DNA of 64,000 bases from Paramecium tetraurelia (taxonomy: Eukaryota), in NCBI GenBank assembly GCA_000165425.1, contig CT868670.1:124001-188000 (forward strand). Direction: 5' to 3'. This document shows positions 39,374-53,700 of this stretch, in pieces. Both the position numbers and the translations under genes were made by a program. How positions within the stretch are numbered: the first letter of the stretch is position 1; each line of letters opens with the position of its first letter. The notes beneath the pieces were generated by a model that saw only the letters and a program-made list of their open reading frames with translations, was not told the DNA's origin and made no database searches.

Positions 39374-41923
39374 ATGATGGAAGAACGTCGTCAAAGATCG
39401 AATGAGAAAGTCAATGGATAATTAGATTATTAAACTAGGAAAATCATATCACCATAAACTGATGTGAATTTCAAAAAAGAAAATTCAAACCCTTTGGATT
39501 AAAATAGCAGCTTTTATTCATTAAAGGGTTATGAAAGATAAGCTCCATATAAATCAAATTAATATGATTAGAATCGCCAAACTGGAGAACCATTAAAAAT
39601 AGGATCTACTAATAACCCATACCTTTAGCAATCTGTAAGCAATAACAATGAGTAAGAGCAAATTAAACCATTTATTCGGCCATATCAAGAAGGAGATCAA
39701 AGAAAACCATTAGATTAAGTTAATTACAAATACGAATAGCGATAATTGAATGAAAAAGGGATTACTAGTCCTTATGGGAATATTGACAACAAAAAAAGAG
39801 ATACAATAGGAACTAGGACTCCTTTTGATCCAAACGTAAATATGAGTTCTTAAACTCCACTATCAAGATAAGATAATTGCAGAAGAGATACTTAATTATC
39901 AGAATAGAAACGAGAGTTTCAATTGCCTGAATACAAAAGAATGTATCCAGAGGATCATCATCGAATTCATTAGAGATAGATGAGTTCATTTGACATGAAG
40001 TAGATGCCAGTTGATCAAGGAGATAGAACTAGATATGAATAAGAAAGAATTAAGACATTAGGAGGATAATAAGAATAGCCTGAAAGAATGGACAGATTGA
40101 TAAGAGCATCTGATTACGTGAGGAAACCAGACAATAATGATTTATATGAATAAGATAAAAGAGTATTAGAGAGAAGAGAATAATATTAAAGAGGAGGAGT
40201 TGAATAGGGTTTGTATGATTAAAGAAATTCTGCTAAATCCTAAGAGTATTCTTAGAGACAATAAAATTAAATTAGAAGACCTTAGGAAGTTTCGAAAACT
40301 CCTGTTGAAGGAAGAGTTAGTTAAAAAAGAGGCTTTGATGATCAAATACAATAGGATGGAAAGTTTAATTAATCACAATATCCTGAAGGCAGGATTTAAT
40401 AATAATAGTTTTATGATATACCACCTCCCTTAGATGATCAAAGAAGAATGCCCAACCCTTATGATGAGAGAAGATATGCAAATCCATATGAACATAGACC
40501 CTAAACTTAAGATTAGAGACCACCTTTTGAAAGAAGACCAGATCGACCTGAGAATGAAAGAAGGTTAGAACGTCCTGAATTTGATAGAAGACTTGAATTC
40601 GAAAACAGATCTCCTTATTAAGCAAGATTTGGCCCGGAAGTAAGACCTGAAATGGATTAAAGAATACCCCCAGAGTATAGAAATTAGTAAGGGTATAATT
40701 ATGAAAGATTTTAATAATATGGATTTAGGTAAGGTATGGAAGAACAATATCAAAATGAAGTTAGATAACCATAAAAGCAATAATTTCAAGAAATACCAGC
40801 TTGCAATTATCCAGATAGATTTTAAGAAGCGAGTTATGGGATGAACTATAGAAAATATCCAGACGCCCGATTTATTTAGGATGGGTAAAAAGAAAGGAGA
40901 GAGTTCTTAGAAGGAAGCTTTGGAATAATGCAAGGGAGACCTGAAGTAACATAAGGAAGACCTGAGTTACCGTAAGGAAGACCAGGATTGATGGAAGGAA
41001 GATAATAGTAAATTGATGTTAGAGGGGGATTAAATAGGACATATGGAGAAGAACTCACTTAAGGTGCTTCAAATGGATTCGATGGACGCAGAGAATAGTT
41101 TGGTATCAGGCCTCCAATATAAAGTAGACCATATGAGGAAAGAGGAAATTTTGAATAAAGGGTTCATATTGAGACTAAAAATTAATATTAAAAGGAATTT
41201 GATGATAAGTTTGGTGATAGATATTTTGAATAAAAATATACACAAAAATAAGACATCATGGGGAGAAAAGACTTTGGTAGATCTGATTATGGAAAATTGA
41301 GAGAAGAATTAGATAGAAGGAATAATTATGAAAGACCAGTAATGGAGACAAATATGTCAGAATTTGGAAAAAGAAGAGAGTTTGATGGTGCAACAAGACC
41401 AGAAACAAATTTTGGAAGGACTAATGATGTAGGATAGAAGCCAGATGAGAGGTATTTAAGAAGAGAATATCAAGATTAAGGATAGAAATTGAGTTATCAT
41501 AATGACACTTCAGTAATGGATAGATTGGGGTTGGAGAAAGGAACTAACTTAAAGATCATAGGTAATTAAGCTGCTGAAAATATGTTGAGAGGAGGTCAAC
41601 CAATGAACAGATAATACGATAGAGAGAGAGGATTGAATAGATTAGGAATGGGAGAAAGAGTGGGTAGTTTTACTAATAATAAAATGGGGTATTAAAGAAC
41701 AGCAGTTTAAGATAGAGAGGAGTATTAAGCTTATGTTAGATCCAAACTTTTGCTTAAGCCAGCATTAGAGAATGATACGACTGACTTATAGAGAATGAAA
41801 TCCCAAGATTAGGGATTCCAAAAATGTATTTATATTAATCATATTTTAGTGCAAAGTCCTAAGGGCTAAATTGATACTCGGATTGGAGGTTATGATATTT
41901 AGAGGAGAGAAGGAAGGATTTGA
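39374..41923 (+). CDS. Low-complexity Q/R/E/P/G-rich, probably disordered protein (~840 aa)
   Basis: Long frame lacking TGA; QGRPE repeats; intron near 41826. Confidence 0.75.
40931..40993 (+). repeat. 21-bp coding tandem repeat x3 (QGRPEVT/QGRPELP/QGRPGLM)
   Basis: First codon is CAA in unit 1 and TAA in units 2 and 3. Confidence 0.85.
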
Positions 41924-41956
41924 TATGTAATACTTTTATTTATATATACATTTTTA

Positions 41957-43085
41957 TCATTAATCATTTAAAATATGATATTCTGATCTGAATTATTTCT
42001 TGTAATAATTTGTACCTGGACATACCAAAAGTATTTCTATGAATTCCCTCACAGTTACTTTGTAACCCTACATGATGGAGAGCATTTTGGCTTTAATGTT
42101 CAATTTGGCATAATTTCCATCATCTAATTCAATGTAGCATTCTATATTATTCAAATTGTATTGTTGATCTTGATCCCAAGGCAAAGGAGTTTGAAATAAG
42201 GGAGCCAGGATTTAGTATAGCTTTGTTTATTCTGAGCAATATTAAATGAAGTCTCTTTGTTTAAATTCAGGGTATGTGACTAGCATAGGAACAGTCAAGA
42301 TGGGAGGGTTGGCTTATTCTAATGATATTTTTTATGGCTAAGATTATTTGAATTCAGATACTTGATATTCTGGAGGCAAAGATATTTTGGATGGACCCAT
42401 TCTGATGCCCTTCTGATTGCAAATAGCATATAGTTATTGTAATTTCTTTTCTTCTTCGGTTTTCTTTTCTTGTCTTTCGATTTATTAAAGAATTAATTTC
42501 TTCAGTTCTTCGATATCCTTTTCTTTGGATATTTCGAGTGCAAGATTGCAAAACTTCAAGGCCTCAGTGAAATGAAGTATTTGATACAGACATTGGGCAC
42601 ATCTGAAATAAGGTTTGATAAACTTGGGATCATTTTCAATAGCCCATTTGCAATCTTGAATTGCACATTTATAGTTTTCTAGTGATATTACTTGATAGAG
42701 TACTTTATTTGTAGGAAATCAAGGCTCTGTTACTAAAGAGTTTGGCCATAAGTTCCTTGTCTCCACAATCTTATTCTATTGCATCAGAGTAGATTTCGTA
42801 AGCCTTCTTTTGGAAGTACTTCTTATCTCCGTCTTTTTTCATGATTTCATTTGCATTCTTGAGTAAGGCAGCTGCGATGTTAACAGGAGTATCATCATAT
42901 TGGAGATTTTACAATGCCAACAATTCAGGGTAGTTTTCAATGTCTTCTGGGATATGATCTAAAAAGAGAGGGTGGTTTTTGAGATATGTGAAGGCTTCTT
43001 CAGTTTCTTCAGCTGTCATTCTTTGTTTTGGAACATAATCATCTGGAATTCCATCCAGAAAATCAAATAATCCCATGGCTTACAT
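41957..43085 (-). CDS. TTC4: TPR co-chaperone TTC4/Cns1 homolog
   Basis: KNHPLFLDHIPEDIENYPELLALQNLQYDDTP signature, TPR helices, C-terminal PWDQ...HPSCRV. Confidence 0.85.
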
Positions 43086-43165
43086 ATGTTAAAAAATAAA
43101 TAATTTAATTTAATGAAATGACATAATAAATCACACACAAAGCAAATTTGAAGGAAGTTATAACA

Positions 43166-44146
43166 TCAGTTATATGATAAGAGTTTCTTTAGACACCAGA
43201 GTCTACAAGAACAGTCTTCGTTTTCATCATATAGGTTTAACAACAAATGGATTTTGATTTGTTTAATTTGTTCTGAGGTGTATGATGAATTTAAAATGTT
43301 CATTGTTTAATCAAATGTTTCAAATGTACAATTTAAATTAGTGAATTCGCCATTGATTTTGAGTTGAAAGGTCAATTCTAAGATAGTTATACTATTATAA
43401 TACTTGAATCTTCTTTAACTTATGAAATTTAAGACAAGTCCGCATGATTAATTTCATACAAATTTTCTGTTTCAATTTCTGTGATAGTTTAATCATTGGA
43501 AGGTTGCTTCATAAATTCTGTGAAATCGTTTTAAATTGATTCTACTTCTGTGTTATCTGGTTATTCAACTTTCTCAATTAATGGTTCTTAATTTGACTGT
43601 AATTATTTTTGTTATACTTTCTCTTTCTTTTTATGAGAGATCTCTTTCTTCTAGGTTTACTTTTTGATTGTTTTTTATTATTTGACACTTTATTGAATTT
43701 GAAATGAAGCATGAGGTTGGGGAATCTTGTCGAATTACATTTTTTCATAATATGAGGATAACAGCATGAAGAGTTGGGAAATGAGAATGATCAATTAGAA
43801 GTAAATTGATATCATATTGAAAGTCTTAGGTAAAAACAAACTATTATAGATATTAGAAAATACTTCAAATTTTAGATGATAACGGATGTGGCAACTGCAA
43901 TTGAATTTGCAAATTGAAGTTTGTTAGAAGTATCAATTAATGTAAGAGTGAAAAACCCAGCTAATAAATTCAGATACTGAGGATAATTGAAATAATTACT
44001 TGATTCGATTAGAATATGGGAGTTAATCTTGGATGAGACATCATTTAGTTTGAATCCCAAAATTCTACAGGTTGATTCTCATATATCTGTAGTAGGGAAT
44101 TTAATGTCAGGAATGAAACTGTTGCCCTTAAAGCTGAAAGAGACAT
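43166..44146 (-). CDS. Hypothetical membrane protein with charged C-terminal tail
   Basis: MSLSALRATVSFL...; three tiny introns give a continuous frame to TGA 43166. Confidence 0.65.
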
Positions 44147-44360
44147 AAATTAATTAAACAAAAAGTATTTGAAAATCCATTTAAGAATATCTTGCCTTTA
44201 TATTAATAAATATAAATATATATTTTACTTATATATTTGAACAACCTTCATTAGCAAACTAATTTACTGAATCTATATTATTAATTGTATATCAAATCTT
44301 GAATTATACCAAACACTATCTCAAACTCTTTTATATCATAAACAAAAGTAGATTAAATTA

Positions 44361-45210
44361 ATGTATAATAAACTAAAATTAATTCGAAAAACAACACTTG
44401 TTAATAATTCTATGCAGTTTATAGTGAAAGAACCATCATAAATGATGAACAATATCTTCATGAAGCTTAAATATTCGCAGATAACAGTCTTCAACATTTC
44501 CCCTTTTTAAGAACAATAAAAAGAATTCTAATTGATAGGAATTCTTTTTTGGATTCGAAGTAGAAAAAGGAGACATTAAGATATTAGAGAATACTTATTG
44601 AAAATGTTATTGCCATAGTTAATAAAGAGCATAAAAATAAATTACAAAGTTTTTTAGGGTTACTCTAACATATTCAATATTGATTTTGACTAAATTAGAC
44701 ATTTGAATAAATGGTGATTGTTTTGCTTCTGGGATGGTTTTTATATATATAATATTTTGGAAACAATTCGTTCCAAAGATCGAATACTTTAAGTTTAAAC
44801 CTATCTCAAGTATTCTTAAATAATATTAGCAATCCTTTTAACTGAAAAATCTGATATGATTCTATGCATTGTTATATAAAACTCATTAATAATCTATTTC
44901 ACAATTAAATCTCATTAATACAATCTCTGCCATTTTATCGTCCTTATACCTATTTACTCAAACACATAATCTCTAACTTTCTCTATCAATAATAACATTT
45001 TGATTGTAAATCAAGGTTTTGATATAATTAAGTGATCTACTTGTAAATTGAATTTGAACTTCAAAATTGGATATCAGTTCATAATATTAAATTATATACC
45101 TTATAGTGCTTATTTTCATTATACTGTAGTTTCAGTCCTTGAAGAATAAGCATTAGATATTTCTAAATTAGTATGAATCGTCTTTAAACTTAAATATGAA
45201 ATTTAATGAT
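44361..45210 (+). pseudogene. Possible decayed WD40-like gene remnant
   Basis: Fragments INGDCFASG, IIFWKQ, AILLTEKSDMILC interrupted by TGAs and frame changes. Confidence 0.25.
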
Positions 45211-45419
45211 CTTCATCCTAATCCATCAGCAAAATAATTAGAATTATTTATTAAATTGTTGCTCTCCTTTTGAATCATCAAAACATAATGCTCCAGAATC
45301 ACTCACAAAATTAGAGATGTTGTGCGAATGATGCAACTTCAAGGCAGAGTATAATCAATGTAAATTCATAAAGAAAATAATTAAATATGTGGCAAATTGT
45401 ATATTTAATGTACTTTAGA

Positions 45420-45655
45420 TCATCTTAATCTTCTGGCTTCTCTTTCACATTCCATAAGTTCCAATGTGTCACCTTTTCTGACTGGTCCCATTACATTTCT
45501 AATCAATGTTCTTTATTAGCCAACCAATTGAACCTTAACTTATGTAATTCCACCTCTAGAACCTGCATTCAGTATTGATAATTTCTACCTGTTCTTCCAA
45601 TGATTTCGATAACTGTGGCTCTTGTACCTTCTACTCTATCCTTAGTTGAATCCAT
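45420..45655 (-). CDS. RPS28: 40S ribosomal protein S28 (eS28)
   Basis: IIGRTGSRGGITQVKV...[28 protein letters not shown]; one 26-nt intron. Confidence 0.97.
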
Positions 45656-45992
45656 AATGGGCTTATCTAATTTTTAATTAAATGATTTAATTAATTTCCT
45701 TTTTTCATACAAATATATACAAATTAGTATCAAAACAAATTAATTCATCTCACTTCCCACTCCTATTAACCATATAACCACATCCTTCAATAACAAGTCT
45801 ATAGAGCATTCATTCAACATTCTATTTTCAACTGAATCTCAAATTCAACCTTCCCTTCCTTGTTTGTACATGTTATTAATAGGGATATTGAATGCACAAA
45901 CAAAAACGAGACTTAACTTAACGAATCAATTTATGAAATGATGCATAGATTAATAATATAAATTTCCATGAATTTATATTTTGATTATTTAT

Positions 45993-46850
45993 ATGTCTGA
46001 GAGATCATTGTCACCGTCTGATTATTATGAATTAAAACATGTTAAATCCATAACCTATAAGCACGCATCAAATGTAAAGAAAGGAAGAACCATCCTATAC
46101 CAAAGTACTGACAAATTAGAGAGCGATTTAAATAAATGCAATTTAAGTTGCGATTGCTCAGAATGTGGATAACTAGTGGGATTTTCGTTAAAATTATATA
46201 GAGAATTACCTCTAAAAGAAACAAGGTATTCCATGACATATTAATTTAGAAATCAAAAGAAAAAAAAAACATTAAGAAGATTTAAAGCTGTGGGAAATGC
46301 CATTATTTTTATTCTGACTTACAAAATGGAAGCAATTAAACGAATAAAAAAGAAAATGCATCTTCTAAGAGCAGTTCGAAATTTAACTGTAAGAAGACCT
46401 GCTGTCGTATAATCAGTACATTTATTACCAGTTTAATAACCAATAAAGCAACCGCAAAGGTTATTATACATTGTATTAATTAGTCGTGATGAAGAAATCG
46501 AAGAAACAGTGTCTATTCATCCATTTTAACCTATCTAAGGAGGACCAAGAAAGAGTAAGATATCAATATATATGGAAAGGATGTTAAAGGATGTATTGCC
46601 AAAAAAGGAGGTTGGATTAAAACCTTTAAGTATATTAAACGATGCACTTAGTAAAAACAAAAAGAAGAGACACATAAAATGCCAATCTCAACTGTCTTTA
46701 ACTCAATTTAATTGTTAATCCTAAATTAAACCTTTTGGTGAATTGAATAAAACATAAGCAACTAATTTTTATTAGAATAATAACAAGGATATATTGAAAT
46801 TGATAGACATTATGAAGGTCAAACGCAGAGTCATTCGTGTAAAGAAATGA
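45993..46850 (+). CDS. Hypothetical basic protein with CxCxxC motif
   Basis: MSERSLSPS...CNLSCDCSECG...RRFKAVGNAIIFIL; intron near 46460. Confidence 0.65.
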
Positions 46851-47034
46851 TTATTTTTTTTTTCTGTAATTTAATCACTTAAATAAATTTAACATCAGTT
46901 TATGAATGAATAAACTAAATAATCTAAATTTGCCGAAGAATCTAATCATTTTTAATATGATTTTGAATGGATAGTATAGATTTAGCAGTTATTAAATTTT
47001 ATTAAAATTTATTTTACTTATTTAATAATATAAA

Positions 47035-48216
47035 ATGTCTTAAATTCATAACGATTTATGTATTAAAGGGATCGACGAATTGAGACAAGCATTCAAAGCA
47101 GTTTAACCTTAAACTAGATAATCAAGTCAACATAAGTACAACTAAGGAGAAATTGAAGTGGAAAGAGTCATTGAAACTTCATAGCCAGTTAATCATACTC
47201 ATTGTCACCCAATATGCATTTAGTAGTCTTAACAATTTCCAATAACATATTAACCATATGTAATTATCTAAGAGTAACCTATGGCTGAAAGGAAATCAAA
47301 GAAGAAGAAGAAAAAATCCATCAGTGCAATTTAGGAATAATTTCAAGTACAAGAAATCGTTAGGAAGACTCATAAGAGAGTTGAGTAACCTCATGTTAAT
47401 TTTGAGAAAGATTTGAATCATTTGGAATCATTAATTAGGCAGGTGAAAGTTTAAGTACAACCCTCGCAAGTCTTAGAATATAATATTAGTATTCCTGAAA
47501 CAGAAAAAACTAATGATAATTCAGAAATGATAACTATGATCTAAGCTCTTAAACCTCAACCAATTTAATTACCTAAGGATGATTATGCAAAAATGGAAAA
47601 TGCTCGTTTACATGAAGAGGCTAAATAAACTAAAATATAATTTCATGAACTTTAAGTTAAATATGATGAACTACTTAAAAGAAAAAGGAAGGAGAAGGTA
47701 GTTAAAGAAATTGAATACAAAGAAATTCCTTAAATCGTTGAAGTACCAAGAGATGTGATTAAAGAAGTTATCAAACCAATTGAAGTAGTTAAGGAAGTGA
47801 TAAAGGAAATCTAAAAGCCTGCTGAAATCACTTTTAAAGAAATTCCTATATACATTCCCCAATATAAGGAAGTGGCTGTAAATAAGGAGGTTCCAGTCTA
47901 CAAGGAGGTTCCAGTGGAAAAGTCCATCAATGTTTACAAGGATATTCCAGTGTATAAGGACGTTCCTGTATATCATGATGTTCCTGTCTTTAGAGATGTC
48001 CCTATTTATTAAAAGGTTCCAATTTACAAGGAAGTGCCATTGTATTCAGAGCCTGTTGATGTGTATAGAGAGATTCCTGTGTAAAAGGAGGTGTAAAGGA
48101 TTCCTGAAAGGTTTGTTGAGGTGCCACATTTAGATAAAACAAGAAGGAGAATAATATCGCCTAGAGAATATGATAATAGATCTTATATTCGATAACCATA
48201 TGAGAGGAAATTTTGA
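47035..48216 (+). CDS. Alveolin/articulin-like cortical cytoskeletal protein (VPV repeats), 393 aa
   Basis: Span of 394 codons; EKVVKEIEYKEIPQIVEVP, KEVPVYKEVPV...KDIPVYKDVPVYHDVPVFRDVPIY. Confidence 0.75.
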
Positions 48217-48241
48217 AGTATGATTAAAGTATAAATTTTGA

Positions 48242-49670
48242 TCAGATTAATGTTATTAAATCTATAATGTCATCTATATTCATTTCATTGGTTAAATAGA
48301 TAAACTTAAATTGCGACGAATTGAAAGGTTATGATAAGTCTTCACTGATAATTTGGTAATATTGATAATTTTAAATTAATTATTAATAAATTGGTTGAAT
48401 AGTTGGGTGTTTTTCATTCAGTTGTTGACATAGAATGCGTATTAGATTACAGAATTCCAAGGAAGTAATAATATCCGATAAATCTATAACAAAAAACTAA
48501 TTGTAAGATTCTAATTACCTTTAAAATTTAACTCACAATAATATTCTTCGTAACCGTATCTATTGCTCCTTCTATTACCCTTATCTTTTTATTTTCATAG
48601 ACTTGTAAAAATGTACAAAATGTCCTATAGGGAATATTTTCTTAAGAAGCAACAATATCAAAACTCAATAGTATTCTATTTCCTATAATTGGTTTCTGAA
48701 GGAAAGGGTAGTTTTGTTTGAGTAGAGCAACTGTCTGTCCTTTATTGTAATACAATTGTTTTTAGAAGTTTTTTTGTTTGAAATCAAACTTAAAAAAGGA
48801 GATCTTTTCAGGCAATTGTGTTATAGAATTCTGTTCTTAAGTTGTATATTAGGAAGATGATTTTACAACTTTATTAATCGATTAATCAATAACATACTTT
48901 TAATATGCAAATTGAGGTAGTTTATCATTCTTTAAGCATAATTTGTCTTAAGAAACCTATTACCTGGTCCATCGATTTAGGATGTATTATTATGATGCAC
49001 ATTTGGTCTTATCATACTTCACTCCTTCTTTTAAGGTTTCTTCGATTTCATTTACTTTATGTTATATTTCTTGATCTTGATTATCTTCCAAATCCAATTG
49101 CAATTTTGCCACATAGATAGTTTCTAAACAACTGGCAGGTCCTTAGACTTTTCTAGATTTAATTAGATGGTCACTTGTATAAGTAGATCTTTTAATTTAA
49201 ACGCTAAACAATATATCTGAAGAATGTTACTTATCGGGATTAAATTTACCTATTAAAGATTACTTGTCCCATCTGCCAGTTTTCTATCCAAGTTTACACG
49301 CCTATTCTAGAAACTATGAAACAGTTGCATTGCCAGGTGGTTTTTCATATTTATAATTTTTATAGGGGAGACTACACAAATTGTAAAAGTTGGGAGAATG
49401 GCCTTATCTAACTTCATCGATAGGTCTATCTCTTTCAGGTCTTGAAGTCATCTAAAACAATTGAGTTATTTTTTAATGGGGAGATTTGGGAGTCTAGGCA
49501 GGTTCAGATCTGAGATGTTGAGATCTGCTGGTGGGAAACTTTTATCTGGCCTTTAAGACTTTTCTGAAATGAGAATAGGATTTTTTGGGCTTGAATTTAT
49601 AAAGGATTCTTACTGAACTTAAGTCTCTTGACGATTGAACTGTGTTGGATGTTCTCAACTATTAGATCAT
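48242..49670 (-). CDS. Hypothetical protein
   Basis: Code-6 ORF MIQQLRTSNTV... with short introns, ending DDIIDLITLI*. Confidence 0.6.
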
Positions 49671-49693
49671 TTAAGAAATTTAATTAAATAAAT

Positions 49694-50685
49694 ATGAGAT
49701 AAAAACATTTGGTGAACGAGTTGATCAATATTAGAGATGAAATGAAACACATCAATGTATTTGCTTATTGATAATCAAGAATAGAATAAAAACAACTAGT
49801 TCTGCAAAGAATCATGACTTCATTTTTAATCAAAATACAAATTTCAAGATTAGGAAATATTGTCATCAATTAATACAGATTAAACCTCCACAATTTTAAA
49901 AATATTTTATTTCTGAACATTTTATATTAGACTTATTGCAAAAATGTGATTATGAGAAAATACTTAAAATTACATTGAAGTTTATCGTTAAACATTTTTA
50001 GGATTAAGAAATTTATAACAAATATCAAAAGGAATATCAATCATCTGAAAGAAATGCCGAAAAAATCAACAAGATCATAAGAGAAGTTGTTTCACCAATC
50101 AAAAGTAAAATCGAATCTTAAACTCAATTCTATGATCAACAATTAAAAATTAATCATAGATCATGTCAAACATAACCTTGCTATTCAGAATCGTAATAAG
50201 CCATCCAATTTCAACTAGGACTTCGTTAACAATCATCTATAATATCCTCTATACAATAAGATAATCTAAATTCTCCCAAATTTAATGAAAATACTATTAA
50301 TGCCATTGATGAAATATCATTCGAAAAATCTTCCCTTAAAAAAGGAAGTGAAAATCAAATCGAAAATCTTACGAGATAATGTCAACATGAAATCAATGAA
50401 AAAAAACATCCTTATAGTATAAGTTTGTTGGCCACACCCAAGTAAAAGGAATCTGAAAACAAAAAAGTAGGAATCAATTTGAATAATACCAACACCACGG
50501 TTAAAGAAACTAAAAGAAAAGAAAAGAATAAAACTTCATTAGAATTTCAAGCATATGACAAGCAAGAAGAACTCAAGAAAATTAAGAAGGTATTGCCTAC
50601 AAATATGGTGTCTCTTGATTTTATCAAACAAAGAAAGAAAATTCCAGAATCAAAGAAAGGCTCGAATGTTTTATCTAATAATTGA
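49694..50685 (+). CDS. Hypothetical protein
   Basis: MRQKHLVNELINIRDEMK, 23-nt intron, ends in track ORF 50479-50685. Confidence 0.65.
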
Positions 50686-50769
50686 TAGATTAATAATTTA
50701 ATCATTCCTAATTACAATAAGATTTTCTATATTATAAACTCAAATAGCAAACCATATATATATAGATTA

Positions 50770-53700
50770 TCAATTGTTGACTCTAAATAAGTTTTCATAA
50801 GCCTTAATAATTAAGTAATTTTTATAAGCTGAAAATAATCGTTATCCTATCGTAAATTCCTTCTGACACCTTAACAATTAGATTATATGGGGAATATTCT
50901 CTTACACTGATTTAATAGACATTTTTATTAGGAAATCTACTTGCTTCTTGCAATCCTCCAAATAAAAATAAAATCTATTATTTTTATATAAAATAGTCAC
51001 TATCACATTCATCATCAATCTACATTGATATATGAATTTATATTTTGAATGACTATATTACACATAAAATCATACTTATTAATATAGGTTTCTAAATTGA
51101 TACTCTTTTTATTTGTTCTTAGAGCTGTAATGCTTTTCAATTCCAACTTTTAAAATTCTATCAAACTTTTCTTCTATTTTATTTAATTTGTTATATAATC
51201 GCTACTCTACTTCAAAATTTTTAATGCAGTATTGTACGAAACTTGATTAAACTATATTATTTTATTTAAAGTAATTACAGTTGAATAGTTATAAATGCAT
51301 TGGCGAAATTAACATTTTAAATTGATTGTTTTGCTCTCAAATGCATTTAATTATTTGTATGAAAAGTAAATGCATGTACTTTGTGACTCCTTCAATGTTA
51401 CAGAACTATACTTTTCAAACATGGAACCATACTCAACCTGTTACTGCTCGAAAAATATTTCTGCTTGATAATCATCATCAATGAACACTCGTTTTGACAC
51501 TCTACTATATAATATGATAGTTTAACCCTAATTGTCTCAATATGCCTCTGTAGGAATCAATTTACAAGATATATTTGTTATAATTTGTCATGATAATATT
51601 ACATTCATCAATCATTTATTCCCAAAACTAATTTAATATTATGAAACTACATAGCATAAAAAGTATTTATAAGTTAGATTAGTAGATAGAACTGCATCTT
51701 CCAAAATCTTTTATAGTTTCACACTATCGTAGAAATTATCAAATTTTGTTACTGATGGCTTTATACTGACTCTTTCTTTAAAGTCTAATTTATTTAGTAA
51801 CATTAATAGTCTTACATTAAATTTCATGAGAAACTCTTTGAGGATTCTTTTATTTACTAAAGTGACATTTAGAAGTAATTTTTTTGCTTTCTGATTGTAT
51901 TAAATTTTTGTTTTAAATTTTAAATGAAGTCTGTTCTTATTTTATTTGAGGTTGATTTTATTACAGTTTTTCATATTAATCTTTATATTTTTACAAACTG
52001 ATAGAAGAAATGCCAGATCTTTCACTGAGTCTAGATTTAATTGAAAATTGATCATCTACATTAATGCATTCTTTGTCTTTCAAATAAGTAACAAATGTAT
52101 TGTATCGCAATGGAATTGAATTAAAACATTAATCAAAATTATCTAAGATATTACCCGGAATTATTTTCTCTAATTTTGATTGATGTAAATTATTGAAATC
52201 ATGTTTTGATAAAACACTTCTAAATAGTTTACATAATTTTGGGATGTATATTTAGATGATTATTTCATTGTTAAAAGTATTGTAAAATAAAGAAAAAATT
52301 AGAAAGTGGGAGTTAAACTTTTTAACTTTTTGAAATATCAGTCTAATTACTTGTTTCTATTTAACAAATAGATTAGCTTTATAATCTGATTTCAGATTTT
52401 CATTCAATTAACTTACATAGTTAAATTCTGAATTTACTGATAAATGAACTTGTTGTTGATTCCTATTATGTGAAAGACTCAATTTATTTTTTAATATTAA
52501 TGCCTTTTCCTCCAGATTTTGGTTTTGAATACCAAAATTCTTCAAATCATTATGATTAAGGTAAGTTTTATATGATGATAGTCGTTTTTCAAAAGGATAT
52601 ATTTATATCTCCAAAATGATTAAATTTTAAGCCATTGCATATTCAGTGAAATAAATTAGATTAATTCCTGTGAAGTTATCCAATTTTGAAACCAACTGAA
52701 ACTTAGTCACTTTACAATAAGTTCTTAATAAATTCTTGATATAGCTTTATTCGTTTGCTACAAGATGTTTTAATATAACATTATAAACATCTGTAATTAC
52801 ACATGACTTTAATTCATAATTGAATATTTATTATTAAGAATTCTAAAATCCAATTTACCAACATCTACCATTTGCCTTGTAATCCTTTAAAAGATAATAA
52901 TTTAAAACTCTCTATATTTATTGAAAATTTCCAATGGTTGGTCTACTTTGTTAATGGATTATTTTACGGAATAGATCCTGCAATTTTGTTAGACTAGATT
53001 AAGTTAATATTCGAATGAATCTGGGTTATGAAATTTTGTAAACAAAAAGTTCAAAAATATCATTTCTTTAATAAGTGGATTGTTTAATTCTAAATAATAC
53101 TCTGGATTAGTTTGGAGGTTTATAAAAAAAGATGTAAAAATGATCTTTATTAATTTAGTTAGAATCTGTAACCAAAGATTTTCTTTATAATTTCTTTGTG
53201 AATCGATATTCTGGAAAATTGAGATCTTTATTAGAGTATTTGGAATAATTCTTATTATAAATTTCTTGATGATGCAATTAATGAAGAAATGTAAGTTTGG
53301 CTATATAAGGTAACGATCTAAAATATCCGAGATGATTTTTTATAATTATTTCGTTAATGTTAATTAATTAGCAAAATTAACTAAGAGATAAACTGGTTGA
53401 TCCATTTTCAGATTGGCCAACTTTATGTTAGGTGATAATAAAGTGGCCAAATAATTTAGGGTTTTCAAAATTAAATGTAAAGGATAAATTATTGATTGTC
53501 CATCCATCTTCATTTTTCGAAAGATAACTTAATAAATTTTACCTAATAATAATAAATAATTATCATACTAACTTTGATAAGGATTCAAGGGTATATCCTT
53601 TTTCTGTAATATATCTCTTTACTTTGGATAATTCTTGAAATAGTCATCAATCAATTTTTTCTTTGATTTTGAATTTTTTAGTACTTTATAACTCATGGTT

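Noticed and set aside
36597..43085. DnaJ and TTC4 as a chaperone cluster; Rab1 and DENN as a functional pair
   Set aside because: Large gene families, non-adjacent positions, no evidence of co-regulation in the sequence
44079..44081. Apparent in-frame TGA suggesting readthrough or selenocysteine
   Set aside because: Starting at ATG 44146 with a 23-nt intron gives a continuous ORF without it
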